Source of the DNA: Escherichia coli
Lineage (GTDB): Bacteria > Pseudomonadota > Gammaproteobacteria > Enterobacterales > Enterobacteriaceae
Direction: 5' to 3' (one strand)
Assembly (NCBI RefSeq): GCF_024223415.1
Contig: NZ_CP100500.1
DNA: 64,000 bases
Of the stretch, positions 20,673 through 32,459 are shown one piece after another (within the stretch, counting starts at the first letter, position 1; each line of letters opens with the position of its first letter). The notes beneath the pieces are model-generated. The model did no database searches and was not told the DNA's origin. It was given only the letters and a program-made list of their open reading frames with translations. The translations under genes were made by a program, and so were the position numbers.

Positions 20673-22384
20673 TGAGCGAAAAACATCCAGGGCCTTTAGT
20701 GGTCGAAGGAAAACTGACAGACGCCGAGCGCATGAAGCTTGAAAGCAACTACCTGCGCGGCACCATTGCGGAAGATTTAAACGACGGTCTGACCGGCGGC
20801 TTTAAGGGCGACAACTTCCTGCTGATCCGCTTCCACGGCATGTATCAGCAGGATGACCGCGACATCCGCGCCGAACGTGCTGAACAGAAGCTGGAGCCGC
20901 GCCACGCGATGCTGTTGCGCTGTCGTCTGCCGGGTGGGGTGATTACCACTAAACAGTGGCAGGCGATCGACAAATTTGCCGGTGAAAACACCATCTATGG
21001 CAGCATTCGCCTGACCAACCGCCAGACGTTTCAGTTCCACGGCATTCTGAAAAAGAACGTCAAACCGGTGCACCAGATGCTGCACTCGGTCGGTCTTGAT
21101 GCGCTGGCGACCGCTAACGACATGAACCGTAACGTACTCTGCACCTCGAACCCTTACGAGTCGCAGCTACACGCGGAAGCGTATGAATGGGCGAAGAAAA
21201 TCTCTGAACATCTGCTGCCGCGTACCCGCGCGTATGCGGAGATCTGGCTCGATCAGGAAAAAGTCGCCACCACCGATGAAGAACCGATCCTCGGTCAGAC
21301 TTATTTGCCGCGTAAATTCAAAACCACGGTAGTGATCCCGCCGCAGAACGATATCGATCTGCATGCCAACGACATGAACTTCGTGGCAATCGCCGAAAAC
21401 GGCAAGCTGGTAGGCTTTAACCTGCTGGTGGGCGGCGGGCTTTCCATCGAACACGGTAATAAGAAAACCTACGCCCGCACGGCGAGCGAGTTTGGTTATC
21501 TGCCGCTGGAGCATACCCTGGCGGTGGCGGAAGCCGTCGTGACGACTCAGCGCGATTGGGGTAACCGTACCGATCGTAAAAATGCCAAAACCAAATACAC
21601 GCTGGAGCGCGTGGGTGTTGAGACATTTAAAGCGGAAGTGGAACGTCGCGCGGGGATCAAATTCGAGCCGATTCGCCCGTATGAGTTTACCGGACGCGGA
21701 GATCGTATTGGCTGGGTTAAGGGCATTGATGATAACTGGCACCTGACGCTGTTTATCGAAAATGGTCGCATCCTTGATTATCCGGGGCGTCCGCTGAAAA
21801 CCGGCCTGCTGGAGATCGCGAAGATCCACAAAGGTGATTTCCGCATTACGGCGAACCAGAATCTGATCATCGCCGGTGTGCCGGAAAGCGAGAAAGCGAA
21901 GATCGAGAAGATCGCCAAAGAGAGCGGGTTAATGAATGCCGTCACGCCGCAGCGTGAAAACTCAATGGCCTGCGTCTCGTTCCCGACTTGCCCGCTGGCG
22001 ATGGCGGAAGCGGAGCGTTTCCTGCCGTCTTTTATCGACAACATCGATAATTTAATGGCGAAACATGGTGTCAGCGATGAGCATATCGTGATGCGTGTAA
22101 CAGGCTGCCCGAACGGTTGTGGTCGCGCGATGCTGGCGGAAGTGGGTCTGGTGGGTAAAGCGCCGGGTCGCTACAACCTGCATCTTGGCGGCAACCGTAT
22201 TGGGACACGTATCCCACGAATGTATAAAGAAAACATCACCGAGCCGGAAATCCTGGCGTCGCTTGATGAACTGATAGGGCGCTGGGCGAAAGAGCGCGAA
22301 GCGGGTGAAGGCTTCGGCGACTTTACGGTGCGTGCAGGCATCATTCGCCCGGTGCTCGATCCGGCGCGCGATTTGTGGGATTAA
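20672..22384 (+). CDS. cysI: Sulfite reductase [NADPH] hemoprotein beta subunit
   Basis: 570-aa ORF, start overlaps cysJ stop; siroheme/4Fe-4S Cys motifs ([18 protein letters not shown]). Confidence 0.97.
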
Positions 22385-22387
22385 CCA

Positions 22388-22440
22388 TCAGCCCGGTCTT
22401 GTAGGCCTGATAAGACGCGTGAGCGTCGCATCAGGCAAGG
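22388..22440. repeat. REP element between cysI and cysH
   Basis: cttgtaggcctgataagacgcgtgagcgtcgcatcaggc, same REP family as at 15875-15955. Confidence 0.8.
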
Positions 22441-22457
22441 CAAACAGTGAGGAATCT

Positions 22458-23192
22458 ATGTCCAAACTCGATCTAAACGCCCTGAACGAACTGCCGAAGG
22501 TAGATCGCATTCTGGCGCTGGCGGAAACTAACGCCCAACTGGAAAAACTGGACGCTGAAGGCCGCGTAGCCTGGGCGCTGGATAATCTGCCCGGTGAATA
22601 TGTGCTTTCTTCCAGCTTCGGCATTCAGGCGGCGGTGAGCCTGCATCTGGTGAATCAGATTCGCCCGGATATTCCAGTGATCCTCACCGATACGGGTTAT
22701 TTGTTCCCGGAAACCTACCGCTTTATTGACGAGTTAACGGACAAACTCAAGCTCAACCTGAAAGTGTACCGTGCTACCGAAAGCGCAGCCTGGCAGGAAG
22801 CACGCTACGGAAAACTGTGGGAACAGGGCGTTGAAGGCATTGAAAAGTACAATGACATCAACAAAGTCGAACCGATGAACCGGGCGCTGAAAGAACTTAA
22901 CGCGCAAACGTGGTTTGCTGGTCTGCGCCGTGAACAATCCGGCAGCCGCGCCAATTTACCGGTGCTGGCAATTCAGCGTGGCGTATTTAAAGTGCTGCCG
23001 ATTATCGACTGGGATAACCGAACGATATATCAGTATCTACAAAAGCATGGCCTGAAATATCATCCATTATGGGACGAAGGATATTTATCGGTGGGCGATA
23101 CCCATACAACCCGTAAATGGGAACCCGGCATGGCGGAAGAAGAAACGCGTTTCTTTGGCTTAAAAAGGGAATGTGGGTTACACGAAGGGTAA
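22458..23192 (+). CDS. cysH: Phosphoadenosine phosphosulfate (PAPS) reductase
   Basis: ORF-track call 22305-23192 is a 5' over-extension through the REP; preferred ATG 22458 ([14 protein letters not shown]...) giving 244 aa. Confidence 0.95.
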
Positions 23193-23456
23193 ATATTGCC
23201 GGATAAATTAAACGCCTCTGTCAGAAATGATGGGTGCGTTTTTATTTTGCGAGCAGCATTCCTGATTTTAAACGTGAACGCCGCTGGAAGAATTATCAGG
23301 TATAGAATGGCGTCGGGTGCTTGAGGCTGTCTGGCGTTAAGCATTCGCGAGGTTCCAGATGGACAAAAGCCCCAGGCGATATTTCTATCAACCTGAGGCC
23401 AGCGTTCGAACCTAAGCAATTCGGATGTTAGTCTCTTCTTTGCAGGGAGGCAAGAC

Positions 23457-23609
23457 ATGCTAACAAAATATGCCCTTGTGGCAATCATAGTACTGTGTTG
23501 TACAGTACTGGGATTCACGCTCATGGTAGGCGACTCGTTGTGTGAGTTGAGTATCAGAGAACGTGGTATGGAGTTTAAGGCTGTTCTCGCTTACGAATCG
23601 AAGAAGTAG
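23457..23609 (+). CDS. hokX: Hok-family type I toxin peptide (50 aa, single TM helix, conserved Cys and C-terminal AYESKK-like tail)
   Basis: Own translation: [50 protein letters not shown]; AGGGAGG RBS 8 nt upstream; below the ORF-track size cutoff; symbol by position between cysH and cas3 (recall of K-12 hokX/sokX). Confidence 0.75.
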   Translation: MLTKYALVAIIVLCCTVLGFTLMVGDSLCELSIRERGMEFKAVLAYESKK

Positions 23610-23614
23610 CCACC

Positions 23615-23636
23615 ACGCGGGGGTAAAACCCCGCGT
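23615..23636 (+). other. Stable stem-loop immediately 3' of hok-like ORF (8-bp GC-rich stem acgcgggg/ccccgcgt, 6-nt loop), no T-run
   Basis: Read directly; position consistent with the 3' fold-back hairpin typical of hok mRNAs. Confidence 0.55.
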
Positions 23637-23649
23637 ATTGAATTGTGAT

Positions 23650-23801
23650 GGTTTGGTCTCCTGCACCCTTTTTTAAATTTATATTTTTTATGTGAATATA
23701 TTGTCTCTATTTATTATTATGAATTTCAAATGAAAATCATAAATTTATTCACAATATAAATGTTTTATTGGCTGATATATATCACAGATAATTTTTAAAA
23801 T
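23650..23801 (+). promoter_or_regulatory. Extremely AT-rich cas3 upstream region (candidate H-NS-silenced promoter region)
   Basis: ~85% A+T tract directly 5' of cas3 start; H-NS repression of E. coli cas promoters is established, but no site is mapped here. Confidence 0.5.
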
Positions 23802-26501
23802 ATGCGTAAATATCCTTTAAGTTTACTGAAGGATAAAAATATTGTGACTTTCTTTGATTTCTGGGGAAAAACCCGACGCGACGAGAAAGAAGGGGGTGAC
23901 GACTATCACCTTCTTTGCTGGCATTCGCTGGATGTGGCCGCGATGGGCTATTTAATGGTTAAAAGAAATTGCTTCGGGCTGGCTGATTATTTCCGTCAAT
24001 TAGGGATTTCTGACAAGGAACAGGCGGCTCAATTTTTCGCCTGGTTGTTGTGCTGGCACGATATTGGAAAATTTGCCCGCTCATTTCAGCAACTTTACCT
24101 GCACCCACAACTCAAGGTTCCGGAAGGCGCAAGAAAGAATTACGAAAAGATCTCTCATTCAACGCTGGGCTACTGGCTGTGGCATCATTATTTAAGTGAA
24201 TGCGAAGAATTGCTTCCTGCCTCTTCACTCTCTACTCGCAAACTTAAACGTGTAATAGCGATGTGGATGCCCATGACTACCGGGCATCATGGTCGCCCGC
24301 CTGACCGTATTGATGAACTGGATAATTTTCTGCCTGAAGACAAAGCTGCCGCGCGAGATTTTCTCCTTGAAATCAAGCCACTGTTTCCGCAGCTAGAGAT
24401 CCCCGCATTCTGGGATGATGACGAGGGCGTTGAACTTATAAAACAACTTTCCTGGTATATCTCTGCAACCGTCGTACTTGCAGACTGGACAGGATCGTCA
24501 ACGCGATTTTTTCCACGCGTCGCACAGACAATGGATATTGAAGATTACTGGCAAAAGGCTTTAGTTCAGGCTCAAAACGCATTAACCGTCTTTCCTCCAA
24601 AAGCAGAAACCGCGCCTTTCACCGGAATTAATACGCTGTTTCCTTTTATTGAGAATCCGAAACCGTTACAGCAAAAGGTGCTGGATCTGGATATCAGCCA
24701 GCCAGGACCGCAGTTATTTATTCTGGAGGATGTAACCGGCGCAGGTAAAACAGAAGCGGCGCTTATCCTGGCACACAGGTTGATGGCTGCGGGTAAAGCT
24801 CAGGGTTTGTTTTTTGGCCTGCCAACAATGGCAACGGCCAATGCCATGTACGATCGGCTGGTCAAAACCTGGCTTTCTTTCTATTCGCCAGAATCCCGCC
24901 CCAGCCTGGTGCTGGCACACAGTGCCCGCACATTAATGGACCGCTTTAATGAATCACTCTGGTCCGGTGATTTAGTCGGGTCAGAAGAACCGGATGAACA
25001 AACGTTCAGTCAGGGATGTGCGGCCTGGTTTGCCGACAGTAACAAGAAGGCGTTGCTGGCTGAAATTGGCGTCGGCAAGCTGGATCAGGCGATGATGGCA
25101 GTGATGCCGTTTAAACATAATAATCTGCGGCTTCTGGGGTTGAGTAACAAAATCCTGCTGGCTGATGAGATCCACGCCTGTGACGCTTACATGTCGTACA
25201 TTCTTGAAGGGTTGATTGAGCGACAGGTGCGTGGCGGAAACAGCGTCATTTTGCTTTCTGCTACGTTATCTCAACAGCAGCGCGACAAACTTGTCGCCGC
25301 CTTTGCGCGTGGCACAGAGGGCCAGCAAGAAGCTCCGTTCCTGGAAAAGGATGATTACCCCTGGCTGACGCATGTCACGAAATCCGATGTGCATTCGCAC
25401 CGGGTAGCGACGCGCAAAGACGTTGAGCGTAGCGTGAGCGTGGGTTGGCTTCATAGCGAACAAGAATGTATTGCGCGTATCGAATCAGCGGTAAGTCAGG
25501 GGAAATGCATCGCCTGGATCCGGAATTCTGTCGATGACGCTATTAAGGTTTATCGTCAGTTACTTGCCCGCGGCGTCATTCCTGCTTCCAGCCTTTCACT
25601 TTTTCATAGCCGCTTTGCTTTTAGCGATCGCCAGCGAATTGAAACGGAAACGCTGGCACGCTTTGGTAAAAATTGTAGTTTAAAAAGATCATCTCAAGTC
25701 ATTGTTTGTACACAAGTAATTGAGCAAAGTGTGGATATTGACCTGGACGAAATGATCTCCGACCTGGCCCCCATTGATTTGCTGATCCAGCGAGCGGGGC
25801 GATTACAACGGCATATTCGCGATATTAATGGTCAGTTAAAGCGTGATGGAAAAGACGAGCGTTCCCCTCCTGAATTGCTGATTCTGGCCCCCGTCTGGGA
25901 CGACGCTCCTGGTGACGAATGGTTCGGCAGTGCCATGCGTAACAGTGCATATGTCTACCCGGATCATGGGCGAATCTGGCTGACCCAGCGTGTGCTGCGT
26001 GAGCAAGGCGTTATTCAGATGCCACACTCAGCCCGCCTTCTTATTGAATCAGTCTACGGTGAGGACGTGGTAATGCCGGACGGATTTGCCCGCAGCGAGC
26101 AGGAGCAAGTGGGCAAATATTACTGCGATCGCTCAATGGCTAAAAAGTTTGTGCTGAACTTCAGGCCCGGCTATGCCGCCAATATCAACGATTACCTTCC
26201 GGAAAAGCTGTCGACACGTCTGGCTGAGGAATCTGTTTCCCTGTGGCTGGCTAGCTGTATTAACGGCGTGGTGAAGCCTTATGCCAGCGGTGCTCACGCA
26301 TGGGAAATGAGCGTTGTCAGAGTGCGCCGAAGCTGGTGGAAAAAACATCGGGATGAGTTTTCTTTACTGGAAGGGGAAGTGTTAAGGCAGTGGTGCATTG
26401 AACAGCGGCAAGATCCGGAGATGGCAAACGTGATTTTAGTCACCGATGACGAAAGTTGCGGGTATTCGGCTACGGAAGGATTGATTGGCAAGGTTGATTG
26501 A
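23802..26501 (+). CDS. cas3: Cas3 helicase-nuclease (HD domain + SF2 helicase), type I-E
   Basis: 899-aa ORF; HD motif region (HSLDVAAMG...WHDIGK), Walker A (GAGKT) and DEAD-like (ADEIH) motifs; start ambiguous (ATG 23802 vs in-frame GTG 23844). Confidence 0.93.
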   Translation: MRKYPLSLLKDKNIVTFFDFWGKTRRDEKEGGDDYHLLCWHSLDVAAMGYLMVKRNCFGLADYFRQLGISDKEQAAQFFAWLLCWHDIGKFARSFQQLYLHPQLKVPEGARKNYEKISHSTLGYWLWHHYLSECEELLPASSLSTRKLKRVIAMWMPMTTGHHGRPPDRIDELDNFLPEDKAAARDFLLEIKPLFPQLEIPAFWDDDEGVELIKQLSWYISATVVLADWTGSSTRFFPRVAQTMDIEDYWQKALVQAQNALTVFPPKAETAPFTGINTLFPFIENPKPLQQKVLDLDISQPGPQLFILEDVTGAGKTEAALILAHRLMAAGKAQGLFFGLPTMATANAMYDRLVKTWLSFYSPESRPSLVLAHSARTLMDRFNESLWSGDLVGSEEPDEQTFSQGCAAWFADSNKKALLAEIGVGKLDQAMMAVMPFKHNNLRLLGLSNKILLADEIHACDAYMSYILEGLIERQVRGGNSVILLSATLSQQQRDKLVAAFARGTEGQQEAPFLEKDDYPWLTHVTKSDVHSHRVATRKDVERSVSVGWLHSEQECIARIESAVSQGKCIAWIRNSVDDAIKVYRQLLARGVIPASSLSLFHSRFAFSDRQRIETETLARFGKNCSLKRSSQVIVCTQVIEQSVDIDLDEMISDLAPIDLLIQRAGRLQRHIRDINGQLKRDGKDERSPPELLILAPVWDDAPGDEWFGSAMRNSAYVYPDHGRIWLTQRVLREQGVIQMPHSARLLIESVYGEDVVMPDGFARSEQEQVGKYYCDRSMAKKFVLNFRPGYAANINDYLPEKLSTRLAEESVSLWLASCINGVVKPYASGAHAWEMSVVRVRRSWWKKHRDEFSLLEGEVLRQWCIEQRQDPEMANVILVTDDESCGYSATEGLIGKVD

Positions 26502-26598
26502 GATGTCTGCGACAGGACTCTCTGAATAGTTGATATACAGAAAAGGATGGAAAGATGGACAACCGACCTGGGATGGTCTTTTTTACGAGAGGATGCGT

Positions 26599-28161
26599 AT
26601 GAACTCGTTTTCACTTCTGACAACCTCGTGGTTGCCCGTTCGTTTTAAAGACGGAACGACAGGCAAACTGGCACCAGTCGATCTGGCTGATGAAAATGTT
26701 GTCGATATCGCTGCGCCGCGGGCAGATCTCCAGGGTGCGGCATGGCAGTTTTTGCTGGGGCTACTACAAACCAGCTTCGCGCCAAAAGATCATCGTCGTT
26801 GGGATGATATCTGGGAAGACGGACTGGAATCTGAAAAGCTACGGGAAGCATTGCTGTCATTAGAACACGCTTTCCAGTTTGGGCCAGATTCCCCTTCATT
26901 TATGCAGGATTTCGAGGCGCTCACGGGAGATAAAGTTCAGATCGCTTCGTTACTGCCTGAGATTCCCGGCGCTCAAACAACGAAGTTTAATAAAGACCAT
27001 TTTATCAAGCGTGGTGTAACGGAATACCTGTGTCCTCATTGTTCAGCGTTAGCCCTGTTCTCCCTACAGTTAAATGCACCGTCAGGCGGCAAAGGCTATC
27101 GCACCGGTTTACGCGGCGGTGGGCCGATGACCACTCTTATTGAATTACAGGAATATCAGGGCAATCAACAAACACCCTTATGGCGCAAACTGTGGCTCAA
27201 TGTGATGCCGCAGGATGAAGCCGACTTACCGCTACCCAAAAAATTTGACGATCTGATTTTCCCCTGGCTTGGCCCGACGCGTACCAGCGAACTGGCCGGT
27301 GCGGTGGTAACCGATGATCAGGTTAATAAACTCCAGGCGTACTGGGGAATGCCACGGCGTATTCGTATTGATTTTAATACCACGACAGTCGGCAACTGCG
27401 ATATTTGCGGCGAGCAGAACGACGCGCTCCTGAACCTGATGACGACCAAAAATTACGGCGCTAACTATGCCATGTGGCAGCATCCCTTAACGCCTTACCG
27501 TATACCACTTAAAGAGGGTGGCGAGTTTTACTCCGTTAAACCACAACCGGGCGGTTTAATCTGGCGCGACTGGTTAGGCCTTATCGAAACGGGTAAATCA
27601 GAAAACAATACGGAACTTCCCGCGCTGGTGGTGAAACTCTTTAATGCCAGCAGTCTGAAACAGGCAAAAGTGGGCCTATGGGGATTTGGTTATGATTTCG
27701 ACAATATGAAAGCGCGCTGTTGGTACGAACACCATTTCCCGCTGCTGCTCAATAAAAAAGAAGGCCAGATACCGAAACTGCGGCTGGCTGCGCAAACGGC
27801 TTCACGGATTCTGAGTCTGTTACGGAGTGCATTGAAAGAAGCGTGGTTCTCCGATCCAAAAGGTGCACGGGGTGATTTCAGTTTTGTGGATATCGACTTC
27901 TGGAACAAAACTCAGCATCGCTTCCTGAGGTTAGTGCGCCAAATTGAAGAAGGTCAGGATCCAGATGAATTACTCGGCAAATGGCAAAAGGAAATTTGGT
28001 TATTTGCGCGTCAGGATTTTGACGAGCGTGTATTCACCAATCCTTATGAGCCCGTTGATTTGAAACGCGTCATGACCGCACGCAAGAAATATTTTACAAC
28101 ATCGGCGGAGAAGCAAAATGCTAAAGCCGCCAGGGAGAAAAAGCAGGAGGCTGCTGAATGA
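26599..28161 (+). CDS. casA: Cascade large subunit Cse1/CasA (Cas8e)
   Basis: ORF 26530-28161; preferred ATG 26599 (GAGAGG RBS); position after cas3 and size ~520 aa; sequence differs from K-12 CasA as I recall it. Confidence 0.85.
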   Translation: MNSFSLLTTSWLPVRFKDGTTGKLAPVDLADENVVDIAAPRADLQGAAWQFLLGLLQTSFAPKDHRRWDDIWEDGLESEKLREALLSLEHAFQFGPDSPSFMQDFEALTGDKVQIASLLPEIPGAQTTKFNKDHFIKRGVTEYLCPHCSALALFSLQLNAPSGGKGYRTGLRGGGPMTTLIELQEYQGNQQTPLWRKLWLNVMPQDEADLPLPKKFDDLIFPWLGPTRTSELAGAVVTDDQVNKLQAYWGMPRRIRIDFNTTTVGNCDICGEQNDALLNLMTTKNYGANYAMWQHPLTPYRIPLKEGGEFYSVKPQPGGLIWRDWLGLIETGKSENNTELPALVVKLFNASSLKQAKVGLWGFGYDFDNMKARCWYEHHFPLLLNKKEGQIPKLRLAAQTASRILSLLRSALKEAWFSDPKGARGDFSFVDIDFWNKTQHRFLRLVRQIEEGQDPDELLGKWQKEIWLFARQDFDERVFTNPYEPVDLKRVMTARKKYFTTSAEKQNAKAAREKKQEAAE

Positions 28162-28694
28162 GTATTGTAAAAGAGGAGCACAAAGCCACGCTGCGTAAAT
28201 GGCACGAAGAGTTGCAGGCTAAACGCGGCAATCGTGCCAGTCTGCGGCGTAGCACAACGGTTAATGATGTTTGCTTGTCAGAAGGGTTTCGTTCTCTGCT
28301 GATGCAGACCCACACTTTGTGGAAAATTGAAGCACAAGAGTGGCGTTTTACCGCACTGGCGCTGGTCGCCGCAGTTAGCGCCAATGTAAAAGCCATTGAT
28401 GAACGGCAGCCTTTTGCCGCGCAGCTGGCGGCGGTAATGTCGGAGGGGCGTTTTACTCGCCTGTCGGCAGTAAAAACGCCGGATGATTTACTGCGTCAGT
28501 TACGTCGCGCGGTCAAATTATTAAACGGTTCCGTCAATCTTATCTCTTTGGCAGAAGATATTTTCCGCTGGTGTCAGGAGAGCGACGACCTGCTCAATCA
28601 TCACCGCCGCCAGCAGCGGCCAACCGAATTTATCCGTATCCGCTGGGCACTGGAATATTACCAGGCTGGCGACGCCGATAACGAACAAAATTAA
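28158..28694 (+). CDS. casB: Cascade small subunit Cse2/CasB
   Basis: 178-aa ORF overlapping casA stop by 4 nt; operon position. Confidence 0.85.
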   Translation: MSIVKEEHKATLRKWHEELQAKRGNRASLRRSTTVNDVCLSEGFRSLLMQTHTLWKIEAQEWRFTALALVAAVSANVKAIDERQPFAAQLAAVMSEGRFTRLSAVKTPDDLLRQLRRAVKLLNGSVNLISLAEDIFRWCQESDDLLNHHRRQQRPTEFIRIRWALEYYQAGDADNEQN

Positions 28695-28708
28695 TAAAGG
28701 ACTATCTC

Positions 28709-29764
28709 ATGACAACATTTATTCAGCTTCATTTGTTAACCGCTTACCCTGCTGCCAACCTTAACCGTGATGATACTGGTGCGCCAAAAACTGTGGTACT
28801 GGGTGGTGCAACGCGTCTGCGCGTTTCCTCACAAAGTCTGAAACGTGCGTGGCGCACTTCTGCACTTTTTGAACAGGCACTGGCGGGCCATATTGGTATT
28901 CGCAGTGGGCGAATTGCGCGTGAGGCGGCAACTATCCTGATTGAGAAAGGAATCGAAGAGAAAAAAGCCATCGAATGGGCGGCAAAAATTGCGGATTATC
29001 TTGGGAAAGCTAAAAACGACAAAAAACCAAAAGATCCGCTCACTAACGCCGAAACTGAACAATTAGTTCATATCAGCCCGGCAGAATTTGACGCCGTAAA
29101 AGCGCTGGCCCATCAACTGGCAGAAGAAAAGCGCGCGCCAATAGAGGAAGATCTCGCGTTGTTACGTAAAGACCGTATAGCGGTAGATATCGCTATGTTT
29201 GGTCGTATGCTGGCGAATAAACCTGAGTTTAATGTTGAAGCCGCCTGCCAGGTCGCGCATGCGTTTGGTGTCAGTGAAACGATTGTCGAAGATGATTTTT
29301 TCACCGCCGTTGATGATTTGCGCCAGGCCTCTGAAGATGCCGGTGCCGGGCATCTCGGAGAAACCGGATTCGGTTCAGCACTTTTCTACACCTATATCTG
29401 CATTGATAAAGATCTGCTGGTAGAAAACCTCGGCGGTGACGAAGCGTTAGCTAATCAGACCATACGCGCTTTTACGGAAGCCGCACTTAAAGTCTCCCCA
29501 ACCGGCAAACAGAACAGCTTTGCCAGCCGTGCCTACGCCTCCTGGGCGCTGGCAGAAAAAGGCACCGAACAACCGCGTTCTCTGGCGGCGGCTTTCTATG
29601 AACCCATTAATGGCACCCGGCAGTTAGATGTGGCGGTGCAGCGTATTACAACGCTTCGCGAAAACATGAATACGGTCTACGAACAGAAGACCGAATGCGT
29701 AAGTTTTGACGTGATGAACAAACAGGGAAGCATGAAGGACGTGCTGGACTTTATCTGCGCGTAA
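28709..29764 (+). CDS. casC: Cascade backbone subunit Cas7e/CasC
   Basis: 351-aa ORF; N-terminus MTTFIQLHLLTAYPAANLNRDDTGAPK typical of Cas7e. Confidence 0.9.
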   Translation: MTTFIQLHLLTAYPAANLNRDDTGAPKTVVLGGATRLRVSSQSLKRAWRTSALFEQALAGHIGIRSGRIAREAATILIEKGIEEKKAIEWAAKIADYLGKAKNDKKPKDPLTNAETEQLVHISPAEFDAVKALAHQLAEEKRAPIEEDLALLRKDRIAVDIAMFGRMLANKPEFNVEAACQVAHAFGVSETIVEDDFFTAVDDLRQASEDAGAGHLGETGFGSALFYTYICIDKDLLVENLGGDEALANQTIRAFTEAALKVSPTGKQNSFASRAYASWALAEKGTEQPRSLAAAFYEPINGTRQLDVAVQRITTLRENMNTVYEQKTECVSFDVMNKQGSMKDVLDFICA

Positions 29765-29774
29765 GGGGCGGCTT

Positions 29775-30521
29775 ATGAGCCAATATCTGATTTTTCAGCT
29801 TCATGGGCCGATGGCATCCTGGGGCGTCGATGCTCCCGGCGAAGTGCGTCATACCCATGAACTGCCTTCGCGCTCAGCATTGCTGGGGTTACTGGCTGCC
29901 GGGGTAGGGATTCGGCGTGATGATACCGAACGATTAAACGCGTTTAACCGCCACTATTCACTGGTGGTTTGCGCCAGCCGTAACCCGCGCTGGGCACGGG
30001 ATTATCACACGGTCCAGATGCCAAAAGAGGTGCGTAAATCGCGTTATTTCAGCCGTCGCGAAGAGTTGAGCGATCCTGATCTTCTGAGCGCAATTATCTC
30101 CCGGCGCGACTACTACACCGATGCCTGGTGGATGGTGGCGGTGGCAACAACCCCCGATGCGCCTTACAGCCTTGAACAGTTGCAGGAAGGTTTACGTCAT
30201 CCGGTTTTTCCGCTTTATCTGGGGCGAAAAAGTCATCCGCTGGCATTACCACTCGCGCCGTTACTGATCGAAGGCAACGCGTCTGATGCCTTATGTAACG
30301 CATACCAACAGTATCAGGATAGTTTCCGCGAACTGAAAGTCTCACTCCCGAAACTTCAGGATGAATGCTGGTGGGAAGGGAAACACGACGGCCTGGTCGC
30401 GAGCAAAATATTACGTCGCCGGGATGTTCCTTTGAATCGTCAGCAGTGGCTGTTTGGGGAACGCACCGTCAATCAGGGGCCGTGGCTCAGCAAGGAGGAA
30501 CCATGTACCTCTCAAGAATAA
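29775..30521 (+). CDS. casD: Cascade subunit Cas5e/CasD
   Basis: 248-aa ORF; N-terminus MSQYLIFQLHGPMASWG typical of Cas5e; 3' end overlaps casE start by 19 nt. Confidence 0.88.
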   Translation: MSQYLIFQLHGPMASWGVDAPGEVRHTHELPSRSALLGLLAAGVGIRRDDTERLNAFNRHYSLVVCASRNPRWARDYHTVQMPKEVRKSRYFSRREELSDPDLLSAIISRRDYYTDAWWMVAVATTPDAPYSLEQLQEGLRHPVFPLYLGRKSHPLALPLAPLLIEGNASDALCNAYQQYQDSFRELKVSLPKLQDECWWEGKHDGLVASKILRRRDVPLNRQQWLFGERTVNQGPWLSKEEPCTSQE

Positions 30522-31149
30522 CCTTACATACCGGCCAGCTTTCGCCTGCGCAGTTGTTGCATCTGGTGGATCGCGGTGAATATGTGATGCATCAGTGGCT
30601 GTGGGATCTCTTCCCAGGCGGCAAAGAAAGGCAATTTCTTTATCGTCGGGAAGAACTCCAGGGCGCGTTTCGCTTTTTTGTCCTGTCGCAGGAACGCCCG
30701 GCGGAAAGTGAAATGTTCACCATCGAATGCCGACCATTTGCGTCGGAGTTGCGTACCGGACAATCGCTTTGTTTCAACCTGCGGGCGAATCCAACAATCT
30801 GTAAAGCGGGCAAGCGCCACGATCTGCTGATGGAAGCGAAACGGCAGGTGAGGGGGCAGGCGGAAGGAAGTGATGTCTGGTTGCATCAACAACAGGCAGC
30901 GCTGGACTGGCTGGCAGCGCAGGGGGAGAGAAGCGGTTTTACACTGCTGGATACCTCGGTTGATGCCTACCGACAACAGCAACTCCGGCGGGAAAACTCC
31001 CGACAACTGATCCAGTTCAGTAGCGTGGATTATACGGGGATGCTTACGGTCACCGATCCTGGGTTATTTCTGCAACGTCTGAGCCAGGGGTATGGCAAAA
31101 GCCGCGCGTTCGGCTGTGGTCTGATGCTGATCAAACCCGGAGCAGAGGC

Positions 31150-31153
<4 letters not shown>
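30503..31153 (+). CDS. casE: Cas6e/CasE crRNA endoribonuclease
   Basis: ORF-track call starts 30365; preferred ATG 30503 (MYLSRITLHTG..., AAGGAGG RBS), ~216 aa; C-terminal G-rich loop GYGKSRAFGCGLM. Confidence 0.9.
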
Positions 31154-32363
<1,210 letters not shown>

Positions 32364-32459
32364 GTTATGTGTTCTTTAAAAATAAGGAAATGTTTGAATT
32401 TAGTTGGTAGATTGTTGATGTGGAATAAATTTGTTTAAAAACAGATATGTATGCTTAGT
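32364..32459 (+). promoter_or_regulatory. CRISPR leader for cas-adjacent array
   Basis: AT-rich 96 bp between cas2 stop and first repeat; shares ...ttagttggtagattgt... with the other leader. Confidence 0.7.

Noticed and set aside
22305-22457. 5' extension of the cysH ORF-track call through the REP element; similar N-terminal over-extensions for rpoS, surE, fhlA, casE, casA, queD, ygcS, ygcW, hypA, hypC and hycE
   Set aside because: The extended N-termini lack RBS support and are not conserved; internal starts with RBS match the known protein N-termini and lengths.
23060-23524. 154-aa minus-strand ORF spanning the cysH 3' end and the hok-like region
   Set aside because: It overlaps the cysH coding end and lies antisense to the hok-like ORF; no recognisable domain or RBS; the hok-like peptide on the plus strand is the better explanation.
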